Part shown: positions 25,358-32,823 of the stretch, in pieces
Position numbering within the stretch: position 1 is the stretch's first letter
Layout: every line of letters begins with the position of its first letter
Source: Myxococcales bacterium
Lineage (GTDB): Bacteria; Myxococcota_A; Polyangia; Nannocystales; Nannocystaceae
Direction of reading: 5' to 3'
DNA: 32,823 nt
NCBI GenBank assembly: GCA_020633295.1
Contig: JACKDW010000001.1
Span: 1,405,828 to 1,438,650 of the forward strand
Made by a program: the position numbers and the translations under genes
The notes under the pieces: model-generated
The model's database searches: none
What the model was told of the DNA's origin: nothing
The model's input: the letters and a program-made list of their open reading frames with translations, nothing else

Positions 25358-27046
25358 TCACAGCTTCAGGAGCTCCGGCGGGATCTCGAGCCCGCCCATG
25401 CGGGAGAGCTCGCGGAGCGCCGGCGCGACCTTGCGGGACGCCTTGAAGCTCGTCGCCCCGTCCTTCGCGTCGCGCTCGGCCGCGAACATCACGCGGTGAT
25501 CGATCGAGCCGTCCTTCTCCACGCGCGGCGCCGTGATCTCGCGGATCTGCATCGACTCGCCGTTGACGCCGGTGTTGAGCTGCACGACGACATCGACCGC
25601 CTGGGCCAGCGCTGTCGTCAACGGCATCAGCCCGCCGCCCGCCGATGTCCCGAACGCGGCCAGGCGCGAGAGCGCGTGCGCGCCGCTGACACCCCACAGC
25701 GAGACGACCGCGCCGCGGCTGGCACCGGCGAAGGCGTCGAGCACATCCGGCGCGTCGACGGGGCTCACTTGGTGGGAGACGAGCAGGTCGAGGCCGCCGC
25801 GGAGGAGCAAGCCGAGCACGCTGGTCAGCGAGAGGGTGTCGGCGGGATCAGGCATACGCCGGATGTGAACCCACCCGCGGTGCTGCACGCCCAGCAGCCC
25901 GCCGTCGGAGACGAGCGCCACTCGCATGTTCGTCGGGATCTCGCCGACGAGCGCCTCCATGAAGCGGTCGAGGTTGACGCCGCCCGACGCCGACACGATC
26001 ACGCGACGGCTGTTGCGCAGCATCAACAACAGGAACTCGCGCATGTCGTCGCTGAGCACGCCCTCGGACACGAGCGCCGCCAAGCTCTTCGCGTCGGTCT
26101 TGATCCGCCGCAGGCACAGCACCGGCACGCGGCCCTGGTGGGGAGGGAGCAGCGCGTGCATGTGGAAGCCGTGGTCGACCACGCCCTCGATGATCTGCGC
26201 GCCCTCGAACCACAGCCCGCGCTTGCGCGCCAGTCGGCGGATCGCCAGCCCCAGCGCGCGCGGGACCGTGAAGCGGAGGTTCTCGAGCCGGCTCCCCAGC
26301 TCGCCGTCGCGGACGACGTGGATCGGGCCGGCGCCGGTGACGTTGATCTCGCGGATCGCGTCGTCACGCATCAGCGAGCTCAGCGGTCCGTACTCGAGCA
26401 GCTCGGCCGCGAGGCGCTGCTCGAGCTCATCGATGTCGACGCCGTCCTCGAGCGTGGCCTTGACCGCGTTGATCGCCTGGTCGAGCTTGGCGAGCGCCTT
26501 GCTGCGATCCTCGTCCGGGACGTCGGAGCGCTTGGGCTGCTTGATCGGGTCGAGCCGCGGCGCGGCCTGCAGGACGTCGCGGATGATGCGGTCGGCGATC
26601 TTGTCGAGGTAGGTGCTCTCGACCCCCGCCGCCGCGACGCGCTTGGCCGAGGTCACGAGGCTCGTCTCGTCCGCCGAGAGGTCCGCGAAGCGCGGGCGCT
26701 CCTTCGAGACGCGGGCGGTCAAGCTCTCGATCGACTCCGCGGGGTCGATGACCGCGTCGTCCCCCTCGAGCATGAGGATGTAGTCGCCGACGTAGATCCG
26801 ATCGGCGCGTCGCACCACCCGCGCCCCCTCGACCCGGCGACCGTTGATATAGGTGCCGTTGGTGCTCTCGAGGTCGATGCACTCGACGGTGCCCTCGTGC
26901 CTGCGAAACCGCAGGTGGTGCTTGGAGACGTTGACCCGGTCGAGCACGAGGTCATTGTCCTCCTCGCGCCCAATCGCGAATTGGTCGCCCCCAAAGTCAA
27001 AGCGCTGCGTTTGACCACCCTTCTCGTGGACGACAACGTAGAGCAC
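25358..27046 (-). CDS. N-terminal FHA domain fused to a CpaF/TadA (type IV pilus / Tad secretion ATPase)-like core with degenerate catalytic motifs (predicted pseudo-ATPase)
   Basis: FHA core RFDFGGDQFAIGREEDNDLVLD...HLRF...NGTYING. The downstream region is colinear with CpaF (EINVTGAGPIHVV; HALLPPHQGRVPVLCLRRI). Walker A GGTGSGKT is replaced by SASGGVNLD, IEDTAEL by VSDGGLL, Walker B/Glu IIVGEVRG by LLVSHQVS, and His-box TGHDG by GASRG. GTG start 27046. Confidence 0.7.
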   Translation of the reverse strand: MLYVVVHEKGGQTQRFDFGGDQFAIGREEDNDLVLDRVNVSKHHLRFRRHEGTVECIDLESTNGTYINGRRVEGARVVRRADRIYVGDYILMLEGDDAVIDPAESIESLTARVSKERPRFADLSADETSLVTSAKRVAAAGVESTYLDKIADRIIRDVLQAAPRLDPIKQPKRSDVPDEDRSKALAKLDQAINAVKATLEDGVDIDELEQRLAAELLEYGPLSSLMRDDAIREINVTGAGPIHVVRDGELGSRLENLRFTVPRALGLAIRRLARKRGLWFEGAQIIEGVVDHGFHMHALLPPHQGRVPVLCLRRIKTDAKSLAALVSEGVLSDDMREFLLLMLRNSRRVIVSASGGVNLDRFMEALVGEIPTNMRVALVSDGGLLGVQHRGWVHIRRMPDPADTLSLTSVLGLLLRGGLDLLVSHQVSPVDAPDVLDAFAGASRGAVVSLWGVSGAHALSRLAAFGTSAGGGLMPLTTALAQAVDVVVQLNTGVNGESMQIREITAPRVEKDGSIDHRVMFAAERDAKDGATSFKASRKVAPALRELSRMGGLEIPPELLKL

Positions 27047-27121
27047 ACCATGGCTTACCGCGAACGCCTCCTCCCCAGCAAGCGCCGATCCTACGCGCGC
27101 GCGCGGATGCGACCGGCGCGG

Positions 27122-27160
27122 TTAAAAAAACAGCGCGACGCGAGCGGGACGCGTGAAGAC
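27122..27160 (-). terminator. Possible weak intrinsic terminator (short GC stem followed by a T7 run on the minus strand) downstream of the CcmH-like gene
   Basis: The minus strand reads ...ACGCGtcccgctCGCGTCGCGCTGTTTTTTTAA. It holds the only run of seven T residues in the window, but the stem is imperfect. Confidence 0.25.
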
Positions 27161-27183
27161 GCAACGGTCACGGGAGCAGCCCG

Positions 27184-27651
27184 CTAGGAGAAGCCGTCGA
27201 CGCGATCAAGCGCGTCATCGAGCGCGTCCATCTCGCGCGCGTTCGCGGGTCCCCCTGAGGGCGTGGTCGCGCTCGCGCCACCGCGCGCGGCCTGCCCCTG
27301 GCGGATCCAGCGTCGCGAGATCATCACCAGCGCCGCGATCGCGAGGAGCGCCAACACGAGCGTGCCGTAGATCAGATCGGGACGTCCGAGGTAGCCCTGG
27401 ATGTCGGGGAAGCGCGAGACGAGCTCGGTCTCGATCTCGTCGCGCGTCTTGCCGCTCTCCGCCATCGAGAGGATCTCGCGCTCGAGCGTTCGCGCGGCTG
27501 GCGACGGGCACGTGGCGATGGTCCGCCCCGGACAGTAGGGCGACATCAGATCCTGGGCGAGCTGATTGGCGATCTGCTCGGCCTGGGGCTGACTCGGCGA
27601 GTTGACCTGGGTTGCGGTCGCGGAGCTCATCAGCAACGTACGCACCAGCAT
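27184..27651 (-). CDS. Small single-pass membrane protein, weakly CcmH/CycL-like (cytochrome c biogenesis) but with atypical Cys spacing and no clear signal peptide
   Basis: LMSPYCPGRTIATCPSPAARTLEREILSMAESGKTRDEIETELVSRFPDIQGYLGRPDL resembles the CcmH periplasmic domain. One transmembrane helix LIYGTLVLALLAIAALVMI. The N-terminus is not hydrophobic. Confidence 0.35.
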   Translation of the reverse strand: MLVRTLLMSSATATQVNSPSQPQAEQIANQLAQDLMSPYCPGRTIATCPSPAARTLEREILSMAESGKTRDEIETELVSRFPDIQGYLGRPDLIYGTLVLALLAIAALVMISRRWIRQGQAARGGASATTPSGGPANAREMDALDDALDRVDGFS

Positions 27652-27728
27652 AGCCGATCACGCGGACGCGGGGCACGCGATCCGCGTGGGGGGGCGACAA
27701 CGCGTCCCCGCCACGCGCGCGCGGGCTG

Positions 27729-28511
27729 CTAGATATCGAGGCGCTTGGCCTTGCGCTTGCCGCCGGAGCCCTTCTTCTTGCGCTGCTCCTGCTTCTTGGT
27801 CTCCAGCGCCTCGGTGCAGAACTTGTCGTGCTTCTCTTTCTGCTTGGGATCGCTCAGGTCGAGGCGCTCCCACTCCTTGTCGGTCAGCTGGCGCACGTAC
27901 TTGGCGACCTTCTGCTCGACCACCTGCCACTGCACTTCGACCTTCTCGAGCTCGACCTTGTCGCCGTCGTTGTAGGCCTTCGGGTAGTTGTTCATCACGT
28001 GCTCGTGGGCCTCGAGGATCGAGCTGATGAACTTGGACTGCTCGAGGATCCGCGGCTCCTTCGAGAACAGGCGCTTCTGCCACTGGTCGATCTTCGGCAC
28101 GTAGAGCTGCTTGAACTGGAACCACTGCTCCTCTTCGGGGGTCCCGGGCTCAACGCCGAAGGCCTTGGCGCCCTCCACCTTGACGGCCTCGCGGAAGCAC
28201 TCCAGCTCCTCCCAGTAATTGAGCATCTTGCTCAAGTTCTTCTTGTCGTACTTGTAGAGGTGCTTCTCGCCCTCGGGGTCCTTGCGGTCCCAGGCCTTGA
28301 GCTCGGCGTCGGTGGGCGGCGGGAGCCCGTTGGGACGCGGCTTCGGTTTGGGCGTGTAGGTCTTTTCGAACTCGGTCTTTGGATCGCTGGCGAGCGCGTC
28401 CTTGATCGACTGGCGCTCACCCTTTCCGCTGCACGCGGAGACCAACATCAGCGACAGTGTGAACGCACCCAATGTAGCCGTGCCAACAATCCGCATCGCG
28501 CCTGATCTCAT
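27729..28511 (-). CDS. Lys/Glu-rich lipoprotein, hypothetical
   Basis: ATG 28511 with GGAG 5 nt upstream. Signal MRSGAMRIVGTATLGAFTLSLMLVSAC with lipobox VSAC. The mature protein is highly charged (K/E/W-rich) with a KRKAKR tail. Confidence 0.6.
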   Translation of the reverse strand: MRSGAMRIVGTATLGAFTLSLMLVSACSGKGERQSIKDALASDPKTEFEKTYTPKPKPRPNGLPPPTDAELKAWDRKDPEGEKHLYKYDKKNLSKMLNYWEELECFREAVKVEGAKAFGVEPGTPEEEQWFQFKQLYVPKIDQWQKRLFSKEPRILEQSKFISSILEAHEHVMNNYPKAYNDGDKVELEKVEVQWQVVEQKVAKYVRQLTDKEWERLDLSDPKQKEKHDKFCTEALETKKQEQRKKKGSGGKRKAKRLDI

Positions 28512-28633
28512 TGGTTCTCCCTGCCCTGTCGTGAGGTTCAACGATCCGAAGCTGACCTCTGGTGCCAACTGTAACGAGCGATCACCCGGGCTGTAAAGCA
28601 GTTTCGGGGGGACCGGCCCCCAAGGCCTCTACC

Positions 28634-28681
28634 GTGAAGAAGGGACACGAAGCAGGGACACGAAGCAGGGACGAAGAACGG
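28634..28681. repeat. Tandem 13-bp direct repeats GGGACACGAAGCA x2 plus a degenerate third copy within a 375-bp divergent intergenic region
   Basis: Seen directly as GAAGAAGGGACACGAAGCAGGGACACGAAGCAGGGACGAAGAACGG. A GGGGGGACCGGCCCCC hairpin lies at 28603-28620. Confidence 0.6.
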
Positions 28682-28886
28682 CGAAAAAACCTGCTTGTCG
28701 GGCACTCTCGAACCTGTAGACTGCCCCCAACTGGCGCGGGTCCACTCCGCCTCGAGGCAACCCACTCGAGCGTCGACCCTGCGCCGCGCCACGAACACGG
28801 TCGCTGCCCCCCTCGTTCAACGCAGCACCAGTGCACCATCGGGCGCTCCAACACGACGAGAGTCAACACAGGAGAAGTCGTCTGCC

Positions 28887-29720
28887 ATGACAGTCGCCAG
28901 GAAGGCCAAGAAGTCCGCCAAGAAGGCCAACAAGAAGGTCGCCACCTCGAAGAAGGCGGCCAAGAAGACCGCGAAGAAGAAGGCCGCCAAGAAGGCCAAC
29001 AAGAAGGCCGCCAAGAAGTCGACCACGGCGCCCAAGAAGTCGACCAAGAAGAAGGCCGCCAAGAAGGCCAACAAGAAGGCCGCCAAGAAGGCCAACAAGA
29101 AGGCCGCCAAGAAAGCGACGAAGAAGGCAGCGACGAAGAAGGTCGGCAAGAAGGCGGGCAAGAAGAAAGCCGCCAAGAAGGCCGCTGCGCGCAAGTCGAC
29201 GAAGACGACCGCCGCCAACAAGAAGCCGCGCCGGCGCAGCGCGAACGCGCGCAAGCCCGTCGAGCTGACCGTCGGCGATCCCGCCCCGGCCTTCGAGCTC
29301 GACGCGGACAACGGCAAGACCTACTCGCTCACGCGTCTGCACGGCAAGCGCGTGGTCCTGTACTTCTACCCCCGCGACAACACGCCCGGCTGCACCACCG
29401 AGGCGTGTGACTTCCGCGACCTCCACGACGACTTCAAGTCCGCCAACACGATCGTCCTCGGGGTCAGCTCGGACTCGGTCGACTCGCACAAGAAGTTCCG
29501 CGCCAAGCTCGACCTGCCGTTCCCGCTGCTCTCGGACCCGAGCAACAAGATCGCCACGGCCTACGGCGCGTACGGCAAGAAGAAGGGCGGCACGGATCTC
29601 GGCTCAATCCGCAGCACCTTCATCATCAGCCCCGAGGGGCGCATCGAGACCATGTACACGGCCGTGCGCGTCAAGGGGCACGCGAAGACCGTGCTGCAGC
29701 AGGCCCAGGAAGCCGCCTAG
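28887..29720 (+). CDS. bcp: Peroxiredoxin Bcp (thiol peroxidase, PRX_BCP subfamily) with an about 110-aa N-terminal histone-H1/AlgP-like Lys-Ala repeat extension
   Basis: AGGAGAAG Shine-Dalgarno 9 nt upstream. The N-terminus is (AKKAAKK/ANKK)n. The C-terminal domain GDPAPAFELDADNGKTYSLTRLHGKRVVLYFYPRDNTPGCTTEACDFRD...VLGVSSDSVDSHKKF...LPFPLLSD...STFIISPEGRI has the T-P-G-C-T peroxidatic Cys motif. Confidence 0.8.
   Translation: MTVARKAKKSAKKANKKVATSKKAAKKTAKKKAAKKANKKAAKKSTTAPKKSTKKKAAKKANKKAAKKANKKAAKKATKKAATKKVGKKAGKKKAAKKAAARKSTKTTAANKKPRRRSANARKPVELTVGDPAPAFELDADNGKTYSLTRLHGKRVVLYFYPRDNTPGCTTEACDFRDLHDDFKSANTIVLGVSSDSVDSHKKFRAKLDLPFPLLSDPSNKIATAYGAYGKKKGGTDLGSIRSTFIISPEGRIETMYTAVRVKGHAKTVLQQAQEAA
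28896..29215 (+). repeat. Coding low-complexity repeat (GCCAAGAAGGCCAACAAGAAGGCCGCCAAGAAG-type 9-33 bp units) encoding the KKAA tail
   Basis: Seen directly as repeated gccaagaag / gccaacaagaag units. Confidence 0.7.
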
Positions 29721-29728
29721 CGGCGCGC

Positions 29729-29786
29729 CCGAACAGGCCTTCATCGAGCGGCCGCTGGTGTACCAGCGGCCGTTCGCCGTTCGGGC
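29729..29786. terminator. Nested inverted repeats (outer GCCCGAAC/GTTCGGGC; inner perfect CGGCCGCTGG-tgta-CCAGCGGCCG) between the convergent bcp and small-membrane-protein genes
   Basis: Seen directly. The inner stem is 10 bp with a 4-nt loop and is followed by a T-containing tract TTCGCCGTTCGG. It is a likely bidirectional terminator. Confidence 0.5.
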
Positions 29787-29805
29787 TTCGGACGCCGTGC
29801 CCACG

Positions 29806-30162
29806 TCACGGCCAGCCGACCCACGCGCGCAGGAGCGAGCCGACGACCACGCTGAGCGAGTTGGCCAGCAGCGACCACAGCAGCGCGCGTCGCAGGCCGA
29901 GCGCGCGCATGAGCAGCGCCTCGGTGACGAGCGCGAAGCCCTCGGCGACCGCGAAGAACAGCTCGTAGCGCGAAAGCGGCACGATCGCGGGGATGACCCA
30001 CCAGACCACGGGGTGCGTGATCGCGCTGGCCAGGAAGCCGTATCCAGTACAGACGACGAGCGAGCGCTCGCGCGCGCGCGCGAGCGCGTACGCGTAGACC
30101 GGCGTCTCGACGAGCTGCGTCAACGCGAAGGCCGACAGCCACATCCAGAACCACTCGCTCAT
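29806..30162 (-). CDS. Small polytopic membrane protein (about 119 aa), hypothetical; translationally coupled to the upstream Blh-like gene
   Basis: ATG 30162 overlaps the upstream TGA (ATGA). The protein MSEWFWMWLSAFALTQLVETPVYAYAL... is hydrophobic with 3-4 predicted helices. No lycopene-cyclase-domain PxEE motif was found. Confidence 0.5.
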   Translation of the reverse strand: MSEWFWMWLSAFALTQLVETPVYAYALARARERSLVVCTGYGFLASAITHPVVWWVIPAIVPLSRYELFFAVAEGFALVTEALLMRALGLRRALLWSLLANSLSVVVGSLLRAWVGWP

Positions 30163-31175
30163 CGCCGCGCCTCCATCCACAGCGCGGCCGCGGCCGCGAG
30201 CTCCAGGTGCCCGTGGAAGCGCGCCATCCGGAAGTAGCCGTGATTGGCGGCCATCAGGTCGAGCACGGCCCAGACCGCGAGGCCGCAGCAGAGGATCGTC
30301 GTGACGATGACGACCGCGCCGCCGACGTCGCGCCAGAGCCCGCGCACGCTGCCGGCGAAGGTCGGCGGGGTGACGCGGGCGCGATCGTCATCGGGCAGCA
30401 GCACGAGCCAGACGACGTAGTGGATCGTCTGGGCGAACGCGTAGAGCAGCACGAGGCGCGTGGCCAGGCTGCCGGAGAGCCCCGGGGACAGACGCGCGAC
30501 CTGGTAGACATGATCGAGGGGACCGAGCGCGCGCGAGAGGCCGCCGGCCGCGAGCGCGAGCGCGAGGTCGCTGAGCAGCAGCGCGCTGACGCCGACGTAG
30601 AGCGCGAGCGGGAGCCAGTGCAGGCGCGTGGTACGAGGGCGCCACGCCCACCACAGGAGCACGGCGACGAGGTTGTGCGCGTGGGCGAACACGATGTCGC
30701 GCGCGCCGCCGCAGGCCGCGAGCGCGGCCGCGAGCGCGCCGACGGTGACCAGGCCGAGCAGCTTGCGCCCTGCCCCGGCGCGCGACACGAGCACCGCGCC
30801 GGCGGCCCCGAGGAAGCCGAAGAGCACGTCGGCGCCGAGCGCCGTGGCGAGGATCGGGACCCCGGCGGCGAGCCACAGCGCGGCGCGTCGATGGAAACCT
30901 GGCTGAATCACCAGGTATCGAAGATCGCCGAGCAGGTGCGGGATCCCCCAGACGATCGGGCCGAGCGCGAGGATCCACAGCGGGATGAGCAGCGTCGCGG
31001 TCGCGGCCGAGGCGATCGCGCAGGTCGCCAGCAGCGCGACCCGCAGCTCGCGGCGGACCATCAGCGGGCGCGCGAGCGGCCCGAGCAGGCGCAGCCATCG
31101 CCGTCGCAGCCAGTCGACGGGCGCGACCGCGGAGACGGCAATCCGCAGCGGCTCGCTCCGCGTCAACGACGTCAC
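30159..31175 (-). CDS. Polytopic membrane protein, possibly Brp/Blh-family (beta-carotene 15,15'-dioxygenase-like)
   Basis: GIPHLLGD resembles the N-terminal GLPHGALD motif of Brp/Blh, and several His residues lie in the helices (AHAHN, TIHYV, ANHGYFRMARFHGH). Start is uncertain: GTG 31175 with a GGGGG Shine-Dalgarno, or ATG 31061. The + strand ORF 30207..31331 is a shadow frame. Confidence 0.4.
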   Translation of the reverse strand: MTSLTRSEPLRIAVSAVAPVDWLRRRWLRLLGPLARPLMVRRELRVALLATCAIASAATATLLIPLWILALGPIVWGIPHLLGDLRYLVIQPGFHRRAALWLAAGVPILATALGADVLFGFLGAAGAVLVSRAGAGRKLLGLVTVGALAAALAACGGARDIVFAHAHNLVAVLLWWAWRPRTTRLHWLPLALYVGVSALLLSDLALALAAGGLSRALGPLDHVYQVARLSPGLSGSLATRLVLLYAFAQTIHYVVWLVLLPDDDRARVTPPTFAGSVRGLWRDVGGAVVIVTTILCCGLAVWAVLDLMAANHGYFRMARFHGHLELAAAAALWMEARR

Positions 31176-31327
31176 GCTGTCGCCCCCATGCGCGCGGCGA
31201 TCTTGTCACGGACGCGCGGGCCGGCCAAGCGACGGGGAGCCGGCGCGAGCGCGCGCGCGCAACTTGGCCCACGAGACATGTGCGATCCAACGCGCGAGCG
31301 AGCGCGCCGGCCTGTCGAGCGCGCCGG

Positions 31328-32566
31328 CTAGCGGACCGCGAAGGCGAGCAGATCGCCGCGGTTGGTGACCGCGTAGAAGCGCTGCGTCACCGGGTCGTAG
31401 CTGGGCACGCTCGAGACGCCGCTGCCCGTGTCGAGCCGCGCGAGGAACTCGCCCGTGCGCGCGTCGAGCGTGAGCAGGCCGGTGTCCGAGTGGGTCACGA
31501 ACACGAGGTCGTCGACGATCACGGGCGTCGACAGCACGCCCGGATCGACCTGCTGTCGCCAGCGCTCGCGACCGCCGCGCTCGATCCCGAAGATGCCCTC
31601 GAGGGAGGAGGTGAACACGAGCACCCCGCCCGGCCCGGCGATCACGCTGCCGGCGCCCTTGACGGGCTTGTGCCAGCGCTGGCTGCCGTCGTCGATCGAG
31701 AGGCCGTACACGCCGGTGCTCGCGCCGGAGACGACGAGCTCGCCGGCGTTGGCGTCGACGAGCGGGGTGCCGTCGGCGTCGACGAAGTCGCCGCGCTCGG
31801 GCGGCGCGACGCTCGTGGTCCACAGCGGCACCCCCGAGTTCGCGCCGAGCGCGACGACGCGCCCGTCGTCGAAGCCCGAGAACACCACGCCGTCGCTCGA
31901 GACGCCGTCGCCGAGCTCGAGCAGCGAGAGGCCGGAGCGCCCGTGGACCGTGAAGTTGGTCTGGAACAGGCTCTCGTCGGCGGGGTACTGCCAGCGCCAA
32001 TCACCGGTGGCGAGATCGAGCGCGTAGATCTGGTCGCGCGAATTGGCGAAGTAGACGATCTCGCCGTGGATCAGCGGCTGATTGCGGATCGTCCCCGGGG
32101 TCTCGTAGGACCACCGCGGCGCGCGGGTCTCGAGGTCGAGCGCGACGAGGGCGCCGTTGTCGGTGCCGAACACGAGCACGTTGTCGTCCTCGGCGAACAC
32201 CGGGATGCTCGAGATCGATCCGCTGATCGGGATCTCCCACGCGACGGAGCCGTCGTTGCCGTCGAGGGCGAACAGCGTGCCCTCACGGCTGCCGACGTAG
32301 AGCACGCCGCGCTTGTGGTCGGTGGTCACGCCCGCGAATTCGTCGGGCCGCAGCACGAAGTTGTCCGGCAGCGTCAACCGCTGCATGAACATCAGATCCA
32401 TCACCTGCCGCGGCGCCGCGTCGTCCTCGGGGTACAGCTCGACGGTGGTCGGGCGCGTCTGGCAGCCGGCGAGCGCGCCGAGCAGCGCGAGCCCGAGGGC
32501 GGCCACGAGCTGCGGCCGCGCGCGCGCGCTGCTTCGACGTCTCGGGTTGGCCGCCTTCGCGCTCAC
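31328..32566 (-). CDS. bamB: Lipoprotein with PQQ-like beta-propeller repeats, BamB-like outer-membrane protein assembly factor
   Basis: Signal with lipobox LLGALAGC. Repeated blades of the type G.lyVGS.dG.lfALD...G...W. The start GTG overlaps the stop of an upstream TPR (YfgM-like) gene, as in the conserved yfgM-bamB arrangement. Confidence 0.55.
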   Translation of the reverse strand: MSAKAANPRRRSSARARPQLVAALGLALLGALAGCQTRPTTVELYPEDDAAPRQVMDLMFMQRLTLPDNFVLRPDEFAGVTTDHKRGVLYVGSREGTLFALDGNDGSVAWEIPISGSISSIPVFAEDDNVLVFGTDNGALVALDLETRAPRWSYETPGTIRNQPLIHGEIVYFANSRDQIYALDLATGDWRWQYPADESLFQTNFTVHGRSGLSLLELGDGVSSDGVVFSGFDDGRVVALGANSGVPLWTTSVAPPERGDFVDADGTPLVDANAGELVVSGASTGVYGLSIDDGSQRWHKPVKGAGSVIAGPGGVLVFTSSLEGIFGIERGGRERWRQQVDPGVLSTPVIVDDLVFVTHSDTGLLTLDARTGEFLARLDTGSGVSSVPSYDPVTQRFYAVTNRGDLLAFAVR

Positions 32567-32823
32567 GGAGTCTCGCCCGCCTCCTCGCCCTCGGGCGCTG
32601 CGGGCGGCTCGGCGGCGGGGTTGGTGAGCGCCGCGGGATCGAGCGCCTCGAGGCGCGCGCGGACCTCCTGCTGCGCCATCGACATCTCGGTCTGGGGGTA
32701 CTCGGTGTTGTACTTGCGATAGATCTCGAGGGCTTCGTCCTGGCGCCCGAGCGCCTCGAGCACGCGCCCCTGGTGGTAGAGCGCGGCGTCGCGATAGAAG
32801 CCGCCCTTCTCCGGGCCGAGCAG
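32563..32823 (-). CDS. TPR-containing protein, YfgM-like; C-terminal part only (ORF open to the window edge)
   Basis: The reading frame is open from 32823 down to the TGA at 32563-32565. TPR-like LLGPEKGGFYRDAALYHQGRVLEALGRQDEALEIYRKY. Acidic Pro/Ala-rich C-terminus. Confidence 0.45.
   Translation of the reverse strand: MLGPEKGGFYRDAALYHQGRVLEALGRQDEALEIYRKYNTEYPQTEMSMAQQEVRARLEALDPAALTNPAAEPPAAPEGEEAGETP

Noticed and set aside
24088-27187. + strand ORFs 24088..25446 and 24953..27187 antisense to the TPR and FHA-pseudoATPase genes
   Set aside because: Low-complexity composition. The minus-strand frames show FHA and CpaF-like colinearity.
30207-32722. + strand ORFs 30207..31331 and 31280..32722 antisense to the Blh-like and BamB-like genes
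   Set aside because: Arg/Asp/Glu-rich low-complexity shadow frames. The minus-strand frames have a lipobox signal and hydrophobic helices.

Overview
This is a 32.8 kb window with roughly 70% GC and gene-dense coding. Its features suggest a deltaproteobacterial, myxobacteria-like chromosome, and codon usage (GTG/TTG starts, GTGA/ATGA overlaps) is consistent with that. The first 8.8 kb on the + strand carries an isoprenoid/squalene supply unit. It runs from a 5'-truncated type-2 IPP isomerase through mevalonate kinase and diphosphomevalonate decarboxylase to a single 820-aa ORF in which phosphomevalonate kinase is fused in-frame to a class II HMG-CoA reductase, followed by hpnC, hpnD and hpnE (two squalene/phytoene-synthase paralogues and an FAD amine-oxidase-like desaturase). 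No terpene cyclase is visible. The rest of the window is mostly minus-strand accessory-looking genes. These are a large secreted protein, a zinc-ribbon tail-anchored protein, a beta-propeller lipoprotein, a cytoplasmic GAF-PAS-PAS hybrid histidine kinase/receiver, an OFA-type MFS transporter, a stand-alone RlmK-like rRNA methyltransferase, a PP2C phosphatase, and a double-zinc-ribbon protein with two FHA domains. On the + strand there is a divergent lipoprotein/secreted pair whose second member has a mature N-terminal Trp (zinc-PLC / P1-nuclease-like hallmark) and an acidic tail. After that come a TPR protein, an FHA domain fused to a CpaF/TadA-like ATPase core whose Walker A, Walker B/catalytic Glu and His-box are all degenerate (a pseudo-ATPase), a small CcmH-like membrane protein, a Lys/Glu-rich lipoprotein, and a Bcp peroxiredoxin carrying an about 110-aa histone-H1-like KKAA repeat tail. 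The window ends with a possible Brp/Blh-like polytopic membrane protein translationally coupled to a small membrane protein, a BamB-like lipoprotein and a YfgM-like TPR gene. The most striking non-coding signal is a 19-21 bp AT-rich palindromic motif, TACATG(A/T)CTATA(G/C)AGACAT (ATGT-N8-ACAT architecture). It recurs in two promoter regions of secreted-protein genes and, in degenerate form, at the start of the hybrid kinase. No rRNA, tRNA, CRISPR or IS element was recognised. Many long low-complexity Arg/Ala/Gly/Pro-rich ORFs in the six-frame track are high-GC shadow frames and were rejected.
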